Translations under genes and position numbers: made by a program
Notes under the pieces: generated by a model
Told to the model about the DNA's origin: nothing
Seen by the model: only the letters and a program-made list of their open reading frames with translations
The model's database searches: none
Assembly: GCA_025058225.1 (NCBI GenBank)
Contig: JANXEE010000019.1
Coordinates: 1,938-65,937 of the forward strand
Origin: Candidatus Calditenuaceae archaeon
GTDB lineage: Archaea; Thermoproteota; Nitrososphaeria_A; Caldarchaeales; Calditenuaceae
Direction of reading: 5' to 3'
Length of the DNA stretch: 64,000 bases
In this document: one piece after another, positions 11,506-20,515 of the stretch
Layout: every line of letters begins with the position of its first letter
Position numbering within the stretch: position 1 is the stretch's first letter

Positions 11506-12210
11506 TCACCTCCTCTGCATCAGGAGCTCCGCCCTCCTGAGGTCCTCGGGGCCGTTGACCCTCAGGATGAACGTCAGCTTCGGATCCAGCGACCGGAGAG
11601 CCCTGTAGTTCAGATAGATGACGTTGCGCATACCCCCTACCACATCGCCCATGGAGTCCTTGTTGAACGTGACTTCATACGCCCTCAGGAACTCTTCGGC
11701 TCGATAGGCTGAAAAGAAATAGTTCCTATCCCCCTCAGGAGAACTGGGAACGGCGGCGTTGAACCCCCTCGTCAGGTCGAGCAGGAACGTCGTGAACTCA
11801 ACGGTGAGGAGTGGAGCGTCGCACGGGAGTACGAGCACCCTGTCGGTTCGCTTCTCCGAGAGCACACCGTGGACTATCTTGGGGAGTGCGACGTTGGAAG
11901 ACATCACGAAACTGCCCAGGTACTGCTCGACTATCTCCCTGTATTCTTCTGCTTCGGACTCATCAGCCACCGAGACCACCAGCTCGTCGACCTCATCGGG
12001 TATCGACTCGAAGACGTACTGAATCAGGGGTCTGCTCCGCAGTTTGAGAAGGCCCCTCCTAGAACCGCCTATCTGACGGAACTCCGTTAAGATCAGGGCA
12101 GAGGTGTGCAACCTGACCATAGACATCCGGCTCAACATTAAGTCATTTTCAAACTGGTACGCCACAATACAGATCGCGAGACGCATCTCCTCCGTCCACG
12201 GATGGCTCAC
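11506..12210 (-). CDS. MobA-like NTP-transferase domain protein (divergent)
   Basis: VLVLPCDAPLL and the overall spacing resemble MobA/GlmU-type nucleotidyltransferases. The N-terminal LAGGxSxR motif is degenerate (LTEFRQIGGSRRG). The start is uncertain; an internal Met lies near 12126. Confidence 0.55.
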   Translation of the reverse strand: MSHPWTEEMRLAICIVAYQFENDLMLSRMSMVRLHTSALILTEFRQIGGSRRGLLKLRSRPLIQYVFESIPDEVDELVVSVADESEAEEYREIVEQYLGSFVMSSNVALPKIVHGVLSEKRTDRVLVLPCDAPLLTVEFTTFLLDLTRGFNAAVPSSPEGDRNYFFSAYRAEEFLRAYEVTFNKDSMGDVVGGMRNVIYLNYRALRSLDPKLTFILRVNGPEDLRRAELLMQRR

Positions 12211-12281
12211 CAGCTCCTGGTGTGAGGAGCGAAAGAAGTTCTACGTGCACAACACCCTCCTTTGACGAACACCCGTCACAG

Positions 12282-12354
12282 TGGGGCCGGCCGGACTCGA
12301 ACCGGCGACCTCCGCCTCGTAAGGGCGGCGTCATGGCCGCTAGACCACGGCCCC
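12282..12354 (-). tRNA. tRNA-Val (anticodon UAC)
   Basis: The minus-strand read GGGGCCGTGGTCTAGCGGCCATGACGCCGCCCTTACGAGGCGGAGGTCGCCGGTTCGAGTCCGGCCGGCCCCA folds as a cloverleaf. It has a 7-bp acceptor stem, CCGCC/GGCGG anticodon stem, CTTACGA loop and TTCGAGT T-loop. No CCA is encoded and there is no intron. Confidence 0.92.
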
Positions 12355-12380
12355 TCCCCCGCATCCTCGAGGATGTATTT

Positions 12381-13982
12381 ATGTTGAGAGCGAAGCCGTC
12401 TCCGCTTTATAGCGCGACCTACGTCGCCGTTTGGGGGTTGTCCTCGATTAGGGAAAAGGTCCTGGTAATCGACTACGGCGGCCAGTACGTACACCTCATC
12501 GCTAGGAGGTGCAGGGAGCTCGGGGCTTACTCAGAGATAGTAGATCACACCGCGCTGCGCGGAGTTCGTCTGACAGATTATTCGGCACTTATCCTCTCAG
12601 GCGGACCCAAGTCGGTCTACGATACCAACGCACCCCAGCTCGACCCCCTACTGGTCGAGTCGGGAATCCCGGTGCTCGGAATCTGTTACGGTCATCAGCT
12701 GATCGCAAAGGCCTTCGGAGGAGAGGTCGCAAGGTCGTCGATGCGCGAATACGGAAGGACCAAAGTTTCCGTTGAAGAGGAGAGCGTACTGTTCGCTGGT
12801 TCACCGAGAGAGCAGACCGTCTGGATGAGTCACGGAGACGTGGTCCTCCGGCCGCCCGAGGGTTTCCGGGTAGTCGCGAGGTCTGAGAACGGCTTGATCG
12901 CGGCTCTGGAATCGACGCAGAGACCAATCTTCACGGTGCAGTTCCACCCGGAGGTGAAGCACACCGAGAACGGCGCGCTGATCCTCGAGAACTTCCTGCG
13001 GAGGGGTGCAGGCCTGAGGGACCGGTGGAGACCTATTGACAGGATCTCCGAGATAATAGAAGAGGTACGTAAATCAGTTCCGGAGGGGGAGCGGGTCCTG
13101 CTCGGGGTGAGCGGTGGCATCGACTCGCTTACGACCGCGGCGGTCCTTCACAGGGCTATCGGATCGCAACTTCACGCCGTCTTTGTGGATCACGGTCTGC
13201 TCCGGTCCGGTGAGGCGGAGACTGTAATGAACGTCCTGAAGGCGATGGGCCTCAGTAACGTCCACTTCGTCGACGCTAAATCAAGGTTCCTCGAAGCGCT
13301 CAGGGGAATATCTGACCCGGAGGAGAAGAGGAAGGTGCTGGGGGCGCTCTTCATAGAGGTCTTCAAAGAGGTCGCATCCGGGATCGGTGGGGTTAAGTAC
13401 CTCGCCCAGGGGACGATCTACCCCGACCGGGTCGAGAGCGGCGCCACCGGCACGACGACCAGCGTCATCAAGTCCCACCACAACGTCGGAGGCCTGCCGA
13501 AGGAGCTGGGATTGGGCCTGATCGAACCCCTAAGGGACCTCTACAAGGACGAGGTTCGGGATGTCGCGAGGGCTCTGGGCCTGCCCGAGCATATCGTGCG
13601 CAGGCACCCGTTCCCAGGACCAGGGCTGGCTGTGAGGGTCGTCGGTGAGGTCACCGAGGAGAAGCTCGAGGTCTGCAGGAGGGCATCGGCGATCGTCGAA
13701 GAGGAGCTCATCAAATCAGGACTTTACGATGCTGTTTGGCAGGCCTTCGCGGTCGTCGGTGACGACCGCTGGGTCGGAGTCAAAGGCGACGAGAGAGAGG
13801 AGGGGAGGGTGGTGATCGTACGGATCGTTTCAAGTGAGGACGGAATGACTGCCGACTGGGTCAAGCTGGACCACGAACTTCTCGATCGAATCTCTAGGCG
13901 AATCACCAACGAGGTTTATGGCGTTACGATGGTCTGTTACGCCGTGAGCAGTAAGCCACCGAGCACGATAGAGCCCTGTTGA
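12381..13982 (+). CDS. guaA: GMP synthase (glutamine-hydrolysing), fused GATase + ATP-pyrophosphatase
   Basis: VLVIDYGGQY, GICYGHQ and HPE form the class-I GATase triad; SGGIDS is the PP-loop. The ORF-track start at 12222 reads through tRNA-Val antisense, so I use the ATG at 12381. A later TTG or GTG start is also possible. Confidence 0.9.
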   Translation: MLRAKPSPLYSATYVAVWGLSSIREKVLVIDYGGQYVHLIARRCRELGAYSEIVDHTALRGVRLTDYSALILSGGPKSVYDTNAPQLDPLLVESGIPVLGICYGHQLIAKAFGGEVARSSMREYGRTKVSVEEESVLFAGSPREQTVWMSHGDVVLRPPEGFRVVARSENGLIAALESTQRPIFTVQFHPEVKHTENGALILENFLRRGAGLRDRWRPIDRISEIIEEVRKSVPEGERVLLGVSGGIDSLTTAAVLHRAIGSQLHAVFVDHGLLRSGEAETVMNVLKAMGLSNVHFVDAKSRFLEALRGISDPEEKRKVLGALFIEVFKEVASGIGGVKYLAQGTIYPDRVESGATGTTTSVIKSHHNVGGLPKELGLGLIEPLRDLYKDEVRDVARALGLPEHIVRRHPFPGPGLAVRVVGEVTEEKLEVCRRASAIVEEELIKSGLYDAVWQAFAVVGDDRWVGVKGDEREEGRVVIVRIVSSEDGMTADWVKLDHELLDRISRRITNEVYGVTMVCYAVSSKPPSTIEPC

Positions 13983-14013
13983 CGGATATATCTAGGCAAC
14001 GCAATCTAATGTC

Positions 14014-16485
14014 GTGCGTGTTGAGGTCCTCTGCCGTGAAGAGTACGCTGACCTATTGGGAGATAAAGAAGTAAACGGGAGGACCCTTAACGTCGAGCGC
14101 GTCATCGGCGAACTGACCGTCTCTCTAAGGGATGAGATCGACGCTGCGCTGTCTGAGAGGAGGAGGTGGCTCGACGACCGATCACCGGTGAGGGAGAAGG
14201 GAAGGTTCCCATCGTGGGAGGAGCGCTTTACAGACGCCGACGGTAACGTGAGGACCTTCAGGGAGATCGTTCAGGGACTGATCGATAACTTCCACTCCAG
14301 GAGGAGCGCCCTCGCGTGGAGGTTGAACGACCGCGTTCCAGTCCCAGAGGAGGCTGACCCGGTCAGGAGAGCGGGTCTCGAACTCACAGGCCCTTGGTAC
14401 CCCCTCAGCAGGGCGATACATCAGATCAACTCCGATGTGGTGACAGCCTTCGAGGACGAGGAGGACGCATCGCCACCGTGGTACGCTCCGCACAGCTGGA
14501 GAACGAAGTACCCGCCCGTATGGGAAGGGCGCAGGAACGTCAGGCTTGTACTCTCGGGGAAGGTGCCGAGGCCCTACATCGAAGGCGGTAAGGTGTACGA
14601 AATCTTGAAACCGAGGTCCGAATGGCCGGTCGTATTTCACAGGCTTCCCGGCATACACCTCCTTGACCGCTACGTTCTCGTCGACGGTAAGCCGGCACCG
14701 GCGATCGTGGTCTCAGCGGTGATCTACGCACTGAACAACTACGACGACCTCAAGCGAGCTGGTTCCGGCGTTTACTTCTACGTACCTAAGGTCATGAAGC
14801 CGCGAGAGGCCCTACTGGTGGAGAGACTCCTCAGGCGCCTCGAGGACCTCATGGGCCTTCAAAGGGGTGAGATCAAGATCGCGATGCTTTACGAGGAGGG
14901 GATTGCAGGGCTCTACTTGCCGGTCATACTTTGGATCTGGAGGGAGAGGATGATCAAGTCCAGCAACGGCCGCTGGGACTACTTGGGATCTCTGATCGAG
15001 ATGTGGAAGGACGAGGCGGTCTTCCCTGACCCTCAGAACGTCACGATGACCTCTCCCAGTATGATGGTCTACCAGCGTTACAACGCGTTGCTGATGCTCA
15101 TGGCGGGCCTCAAGGACGGTGAGGCGCGAGCGGCTCCGGTTGGAGGCATGGCGGCGGTCATGCTATACCCCAAGACCGATTACTACGGAAGGCACAGGTA
15201 CAACAGCAGGGCGGTCAGGAGCATAAGGATCGACAAGCTGAGGGAACGACTCACGGGGCTGATATTCGTCGCGGAGGACGTTCAGGAGGGTGCGGTGGTG
15301 ACGCTCGACGAAGCACTCAGGGGGAAGTACAGGGGGAGGCTTTACGACCTCTTCAGGCAGAGTTGGGTCGCAACGAAGGAGGAGCAGTATGTCGCATCGG
15401 GCAACGTCCCCTTAAGGTCTGAAGTTGAAGGCCTGCAGTCCCTAATCGACGCACCGATAGAGTACGTGGAGGTCGATGGCATCAGGCTACCGACGCCCGA
15501 GAGCGGGCTGACCGTCGAGGAGCGTAGGAGGTTCATCGAGCTCGGACTTCTCACATCTGAAGGCAAGATCAGGCTTTGGGTCGTGCGAGCTTCAGACATC
15601 CAACGACCAGAAGACCTCTTCTCGGAGAAGCTGTGGGGCGGGAAGACGCTCTGGGACGCCCTGTACTCGGTGCCGGAGGGCGACGTGACGATCGAGCACA
15701 TTCAGCACGCCTTCTACATGGCCGCCAACTACGCCTTCCAGATCCTCAACGGTAACCTGGCCGCGGCCATCGACGACTACGAGTTCAATCAGCGCTTCAT
15801 GAACGACCTCGCCACTTACAGGATCTTCACGGCGTGGCTCTGGTCGCTCTACAACAGCAGAGCACCGGTGACCAAGGACGGGTATGTGCTGGGACCTGAG
15901 AGGACCAAGGACGGTGTGGTGCTATCCAGAAAGGTGGAGCCCGTCCCGAGGGGCACGAGGTTCGATGAGAGCCTGCTCGGGAAGGTCTGCGAGCTCCACT
16001 TCGAGTGGACAAAGGCCTTTTATGACGACTTGGACAGAATCGCGGCTGAGCGTTTAACGTCATCGCTGAGGGGGACCGCACCTGCTGAGCTGATACACGA
16101 GGTGAAAAGGGTGTTGAAGAGCGCGTACAGCTCCGGACCGTTCGCAGAGGTCGGGGTTGAAGAGGTCGCGAGATCGGTCGCCGAGATCCTCGGTGTGAGC
16201 GTCGAAGACGCCAAGAAGGAGGTGATCGCGAACGCGCCGAGGTTCGACCGGTCAAAGGCTATCTTGGTCATGGAGTTCCTGAAGGCGCTGATAACGTGCC
16301 CGAGATACGTGCAACACAACGCCCGTTTGCTCTTCGCATTATCGGAGATGGACAACGAAACTGCGCTGACAACCATCAGATTCGTCCTAGGGCTGTCTCT
16401 GGAAGAGGTCGAGGAGTTGGTGAGGGACGGAAAGGTTGACTCAAGCACCCTCGAGCTGTACAGGTACGTTCACGACATCAGGTGA
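14014..16485 (+). CDS. malate synthase, large crenarchaeal type
   Basis: 823 aa. The core GVYFYVPKV...GEIKIAMLYEE...SNGRWDYLGS matches the malate synthase TIM-barrel signature (YFYLPK / IKATVLIE / GRWDY). Confidence 0.75.
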   Translation: MRVEVLCREEYADLLGDKEVNGRTLNVERVIGELTVSLRDEIDAALSERRRWLDDRSPVREKGRFPSWEERFTDADGNVRTFREIVQGLIDNFHSRRSALAWRLNDRVPVPEEADPVRRAGLELTGPWYPLSRAIHQINSDVVTAFEDEEDASPPWYAPHSWRTKYPPVWEGRRNVRLVLSGKVPRPYIEGGKVYEILKPRSEWPVVFHRLPGIHLLDRYVLVDGKPAPAIVVSAVIYALNNYDDLKRAGSGVYFYVPKVMKPREALLVERLLRRLEDLMGLQRGEIKIAMLYEEGIAGLYLPVILWIWRERMIKSSNGRWDYLGSLIEMWKDEAVFPDPQNVTMTSPSMMVYQRYNALLMLMAGLKDGEARAAPVGGMAAVMLYPKTDYYGRHRYNSRAVRSIRIDKLRERLTGLIFVAEDVQEGAVVTLDEALRGKYRGRLYDLFRQSWVATKEEQYVASGNVPLRSEVEGLQSLIDAPIEYVEVDGIRLPTPESGLTVEERRRFIELGLLTSEGKIRLWVVRASDIQRPEDLFSEKLWGGKTLWDALYSVPEGDVTIEHIQHAFYMAANYAFQILNGNLAAAIDDYEFNQRFMNDLATYRIFTAWLWSLYNSRAPVTKDGYVLGPERTKDGVVLSRKVEPVPRGTRFDESLLGKVCELHFEWTKAFYDDLDRIAAERLTSSLRGTAPAELIHEVKRVLKSAYSSGPFAEVGVEEVARSVAEILGVSVEDAKKEVIANAPRFDRSKAILVMEFLKALITCPRYVQHNARLLFALSEMDNETALTTIRFVLGLSLEEVEELVRDGKVDSSTLELYRYVHDIR

Positions 16486-17596
16486 CTTCCCCCTTTCCGA
16501 CTTCACCGGTTCCTCTAGGTCTGCCCCTCATGAGCCGCGCGAACTGCCTCGGGTTCCTGATCTTAGCTGGACAGAGTCTACCCTGTTCGATGCAGAGGTT
16601 ATGCGTTCGCATCGTCTGACATGAGGGGACCGAGTACTTCGTACGAGACCCCCTCAAACCCGCGATGTGCTCAGTCTGATACCTCGCGATCTTCACGTCG
16701 AAATCGGCCCTCTGAGAATAGACACCGATAACTTCTTCAACAGTGTATCCAATCGAGAGCAGGAACGTTGCGATCGCGAAGTTGCCGAAGTGTCCGACCT
16801 TCCCGCCCGAGAGTAGGGCATGCTTCAGAGCCCTCATGCACGGAGGCCAGCTCTCCTCCCCCTTGAAGCCGCCGTACGGCTCGCGCCTCGCGGCCCTCTC
16901 TAAAACGACTCTCTTTATCGCCTCTAGGTGCGGCACCAGCTCATCAGGGACCTTCGGTTGCCCGACCTCGACGACCCTCTTCAGTATTCTCGACTCGACC
17001 TCCTCGGCGGCGAGCCTGATGAGTTCGCGCCGGGACACGTAGACCCAGCCGTCGTGAACGTTCCTGTTGACGAGTCTCCACTCGGTGCCGTCTATCCCCT
17101 TGACGAGCCTCAGGTATTCCGGCAGCCTGATCCTGAATGGCTGCCCTCCCTTCCTCTCCTCCTCGGAACTCTCAGCGACGCCGCAATTGATGCCGAGCTC
17201 TTCCCGGAGAACTCTGAGGACTGTCCCGTCCTGCTCGTCCGAGAGGAGGCGTTCAACCCGTCTCGATTCGTGAAGAGCCCACCTCTTAGCGAGCCACCGG
17301 TCACCGAGCGACGCGACCGTCATGAGCGCGATCGGAAAGCTCAGTATCTCGACGTCCAGATCCTCCGAGACCCTCACCTCTCCCACGTCCTCGCCCCTGA
17401 TGATGGACTCAACGACCCGCCGAACCGCCGCATCGACCGCGCCGGAGTGCCACGACCTCGACAGCTCCTCGACAGTCGACCCCCAATACTTAGCCACGTA
17501 ATCCTTGGCTCCACTGACGAACGGATACCTAGCCATGAAGAGCTTGGAGCTCAGGTAGAACTCTTCAGGTAGATCGGCGGTCACGGAGAAGCTCAC
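16478..17596 (-). CDS. priL: DNA primase large subunit PriL
   Basis: The C-terminal Fe-S domain shows PPCMRAL...GHFGNFAIATFLLSIGY...SVPSCQTM...LCPA. An alternative ATG at 17536 would remove the 32-nt overlap with the upstream HD gene. Confidence 0.85.
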   Translation of the reverse strand: MSFSVTADLPEEFYLSSKLFMARYPFVSGAKDYVAKYWGSTVEELSRSWHSGAVDAAVRRVVESIIRGEDVGEVRVSEDLDVEILSFPIALMTVASLGDRWLAKRWALHESRRVERLLSDEQDGTVLRVLREELGINCGVAESSEEERKGGQPFRIRLPEYLRLVKGIDGTEWRLVNRNVHDGWVYVSRRELIRLAAEEVESRILKRVVEVGQPKVPDELVPHLEAIKRVVLERAARREPYGGFKGEESWPPCMRALKHALLSGGKVGHFGNFAIATFLLSIGYTVEEVIGVYSQRADFDVKIARYQTEHIAGLRGSRTKYSVPSCQTMRTHNLCIEQGRLCPAKIRNPRQFARLMRGRPRGTGEVGKGEVT

Positions 17597-18170
17597 CTAT
17601 CAAAGTCGAGATGTCCTTGTCGTTCAGGCCCCTCAGGGCCGACTCGACGAACTCCTTGACGCCCTCTGGACCGAGCTCGTCGCTGTATTCGATGGCCTGA
17701 AGGACCATTTCGAGTTTGTCCAGGTCCCGGACCAGACGCGCCTCGGGGCTGATGCCGTACCGATAGTCCTTTAAAGCGTCAACCAAGAGGCTCCTCACCT
17801 CGCTCGGAGCGTGGTTAAGCAGCCCCTCCAGTGCGAAGTCCTCCATCTCGCATAACTTCTCCTTTCCGATGGCCTCCTTCTCCTCTGGCGTGAGGTCGCC
17901 TGTGAAGGCCTCGGGCAAGTCGTGTAAAACCGCTATGATAGCCGCTCTACCCGGGTCGAGTCCGCGTGCCGCCGCGAGGACGCAGGACAGGACAGCGAGC
18001 GCGAGCGAGTGATCGGCCACGCTCTCAGGTTCTCTCACACCCCTGAGCCTCCAGCCCGTTCTCTCCTGTGACTTGAGACTTGATGTCGCTGCGTGGAACT
18101 TGAGGAGCCATGAGCCCTCCGAATTCAAGATGACCGCTCTCCTGACACCGCGAGGCCCTGAGACCTCCAT
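17565..18170 (-). CDS. HD-domain phosphohydrolase (YfbR-like 5'-nucleotidase family)
   Basis: SQERTGW...ESVADHSLALAV...VLHDLPEAFTGD is the HD signature. The start is placed at the internal ATG 18170; the ORF-track start at 18296 would lie inside nop10. Confidence 0.75.
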   Translation of the reverse strand: MEVSGPRGVRRAVILNSEGSWLLKFHAATSSLKSQERTGWRLRGVREPESVADHSLALAVLSCVLAAARGLDPGRAAIIAVLHDLPEAFTGDLTPEEKEAIGKEKLCEMEDFALEGLLNHAPSEVRSLLVDALKDYRYGISPEARLVRDLDKLEMVLQAIEYSDELGPEGVKEFVESALRGLNDKDISTLIGELLRDRRST

Positions 18171-18319
18171 TTTTCGAGGACCGACTCCGCCATCTCCTCG
18201 AGTACGGGGCTGCCCTCCCTGAACTGGGGGGGATGCGGTGACAACGTGGGCGAGTTGCACGCCGGGCAGGCAGGCTTGAGGGTGTAGATGCCACACCTTT
18301 CACACCTGCGCACCCTCAC
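18125..18319 (-). CDS. nop10: H/ACA RNP protein Nop10 (C-terminal half atypical)
   Basis: MRVRRCERCGIYTLKPACPACNSPTLSPHPPQF is the Nop10 zinc ribbon plus HPPxF. Its GTG start overlaps the aIF2-alpha stop (GTGA), the conserved archaeal neighbour. Confidence 0.75.
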   Translation of the reverse strand: MRVRRCERCGIYTLKPACPACNSPTLSPHPPQFREGSPVLEEMAESVLEKWRSQGLAVSGERSS

Positions 18320-19119
18320 CCCCTCTCCTGCACCTCCTTACCCGCGGGAAGGACCTCAACGACGTCCCCCTCATTGGAGAGTACGGCCCTCATCCTCTCG
18401 ATGCAGGCCTTGAGCTTCGACTCGGCGTCCTGCAGGTCCCTGCCCTCCACCCTAACGAGGTACCTCGGAGACCCCACGATCGTCACCTTGACGGAGGACG
18501 GATCGATCGCTGCACACGTCTCTGCCGCCCTCCTTATCGCCTCGACTCCTCCCTTTCTGGAAGACATCTTCACAATCGCCTTTGCCACGTGGCCGGGCCT
18601 CTTGAGGTCCCTGACGCACTTCTCGATGAGCTTTGCAGTGAAGGCCTCCGGCAGCTTCACCCACGAGGGTAAGGCCTCGCCCATCGCCAGCTCTTCCAGG
18701 AACGAGTAGAAGTTGAGACCCCTGGACCTCACGGGCTGAACGAGATGCTCCTCGATGAGGTGCATGGGTGTTCCGGTCTCCTTCGCAACCGCCTCGATCA
18801 GCCTGGCGGCTTTGACCTTCCTGCTCCACTCCCACATTTTCTCGTCGTGCTCTTTGTTCGAGACCCTTCTCAGGCTCACATCGACTTGGAGGGTATCTGG
18901 GTTGCTCCTGATCACCTTCAGGACGGTCCTCTGGCCCACCCTGAGATAGTCGGTGATGTTCCTCACCCACTTCAGCGAGATCTCGGAGACGTGCACGAAG
19001 GCCTCGAGGCCGTCGTACTCATCGAGGGAGACGATCGCCCCATGCCTCTCAACCCTCTTGACCGTAGCTATCACGAGCTCACCCTCCTTGGGGAAACCCT
19101 CCCTCCTCAGGATTGACAT
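18316..19119 (-). CDS. eif2a: translation initiation factor aIF2 alpha subunit
   Basis: 267 aa. The S1 domain reads GELVIATVKRVERHGAIVSLDEY..AFVHVSEIS. Confidence 0.95.
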   Translation of the reverse strand: MSILRREGFPKEGELVIATVKRVERHGAIVSLDEYDGLEAFVHVSEISLKWVRNITDYLRVGQRTVLKVIRSNPDTLQVDVSLRRVSNKEHDEKMWEWSRKVKAARLIEAVAKETGTPMHLIEEHLVQPVRSRGLNFYSFLEELAMGEALPSWVKLPEAFTAKLIEKCVRDLKRPGHVAKAIVKMSSRKGGVEAIRRAAETCAAIDPSSVKVTIVGSPRYLVRVEGRDLQDAESKLKACIERMRAVLSNEGDVVEVLPAGKEVQERG

Positions 19120-19203
19120 TCACCGTTCAGTCGCCAACCGCTTCTAAAAAGCTTACCAAAGCCATAAACTCCCCTCCAATTGGACGATGTCGTGCGGTGA
19201 AGC

Positions 19204-20439
19204 TCAACCGTGGGCGGTTGCCGATACGATCTTGATCACGTCGCGGTCCTTCAGCCTGTGGTCGGCGGGGACTCTGAGGCCGGTCCGGGCGTCGATGGCA
19301 TACAGGAGCCCCTTCGCCAACTCCTTGTGGACTCTCTCGGCGAGGTCTCTAACCGTAGCATCCGCTGGTACCAAGAACGCGTCCGGGAGGACGTTTCCTG
19401 ACCTGTCAGTGAGCGTCTTGACGTCGTATACCGGGTAGACCGTGTTCATCCTCAGAAGCTTGAAGACCGTGACGTCTATCGCAAACTGAACCCCGGTCCT
19501 CATGTATCTCCCGAAGACCCGTTCGTTGATCACTTCCAGCGCCCACCTCTGCTGATCGGTTAGCGCGCTGCCCGCGGTGATGACGAACTTCTCCTCTCCG
19601 GGCTTATACTTTATGAGCCCCTTCTGCTCCGCCCTCCTGAGGATCAGTTCCGCCTCAGAGCTGCAGGGTACGACTATCTTGTCCGGGAACTTCTCGACGA
19701 GCTCCTGGTAGAACTTCTCCGAGGTCTCTAGGTCCACTTTGTTCGCAATTATGATGGTCGGCTTCGAAACCTCCCTCAGGGCCTTTGCGAACTTCATGTC
19801 GTCGTTCATGCTCCAGTTCTCGAAGTCCTTGCCCTCCAATCCGGTCACCTTCAAAGCCTGTTCGACGTGCGCCACGTATATCCTGATGCCGTGAAGGGGC
19901 TCCGCTATAGCCTCTGCCAGGGGTTTCCCGCTCTTGACCGCCTTCGAGATCCTGTCTTCGTTCCGCTCGACCACCTTCATCAACCATATCACGAGCTCCT
20001 CCTCGATGTCGAAGACGTCTGCGACCGGGTTTCCGGAACCGGGTTCGGTCAACCTGCCCTCCTCATCGACGCTACCTGATGCGTCGACGACGTGCAACAG
20101 AGCGTCCGACTGAGAGGCCACCGCAAGAAACTGGTTGCCCAGACCTTTGCCTGCCCACGCCCCCTTTATCAGGCCGGGTAGATCTATCAGCTCCAGCGGC
20201 AGGTACCGCCAGTCGTCAATGCACGGTGACGACCTGGGGCTGCACTTAACCCCGAACTCCCTGTCAACGCAGGGCGTGATCGCGTGGGCGACGCCGAAGT
20301 TCGGTTGTTTCGTCGTGAAGGGGTAGGTGGATATTTCAGCGGATTGAAGAGTCGCGGCGTTGAAGAAGGTCGTCTTGCCCGTGTTGGTCTTACCGATCAG
20401 CCCTAGCCTCACCAACCTCGCAGGTGAACCAACATTCAA
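19204..20439 (-). CDS. Obg/YchF-like GTP-binding protein with C-terminal TGS domain
   Basis: The G1 motif is GLIGKTNTGKTTFF, followed by YPFTT, DLPGL and NKVD. The C-terminal TGS-like region reads RDLAERVHKELAKG...VIKIVS. Confidence 0.85.
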   Translation of the reverse strand: MNVGSPARLVRLGLIGKTNTGKTTFFNAATLQSAEISTYPFTTKQPNFGVAHAITPCVDREFGVKCSPRSSPCIDDWRYLPLELIDLPGLIKGAWAGKGLGNQFLAVASQSDALLHVVDASGSVDEEGRLTEPGSGNPVADVFDIEEELVIWLMKVVERNEDRISKAVKSGKPLAEAIAEPLHGIRIYVAHVEQALKVTGLEGKDFENWSMNDDMKFAKALREVSKPTIIIANKVDLETSEKFYQELVEKFPDKIVVPCSSEAELILRRAEQKGLIKYKPGEEKFVITAGSALTDQQRWALEVINERVFGRYMRTGVQFAIDVTVFKLLRMNTVYPVYDVKTLTDRSGNVLPDAFLVPADATVRDLAERVHKELAKGLLYAIDARTGLRVPADHRLKDRDVIKIVSATAHG

Positions 20440-20515
20440 GAATTAAGGGATTTCCTGAACGAAGGTCGCCCCGAAAGAAGCCGAAATACGGTAATCGGTT
20501 TAGGTGGAGTACGAC

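Noticed and set aside
12222-12380. N-terminal 53-aa extension of guaA in the ORF track.
   Set aside because: The extension reads straight through tRNA-Val on the opposite strand and has no GATase homology. The conserved domain begins after the ATG at 12381.
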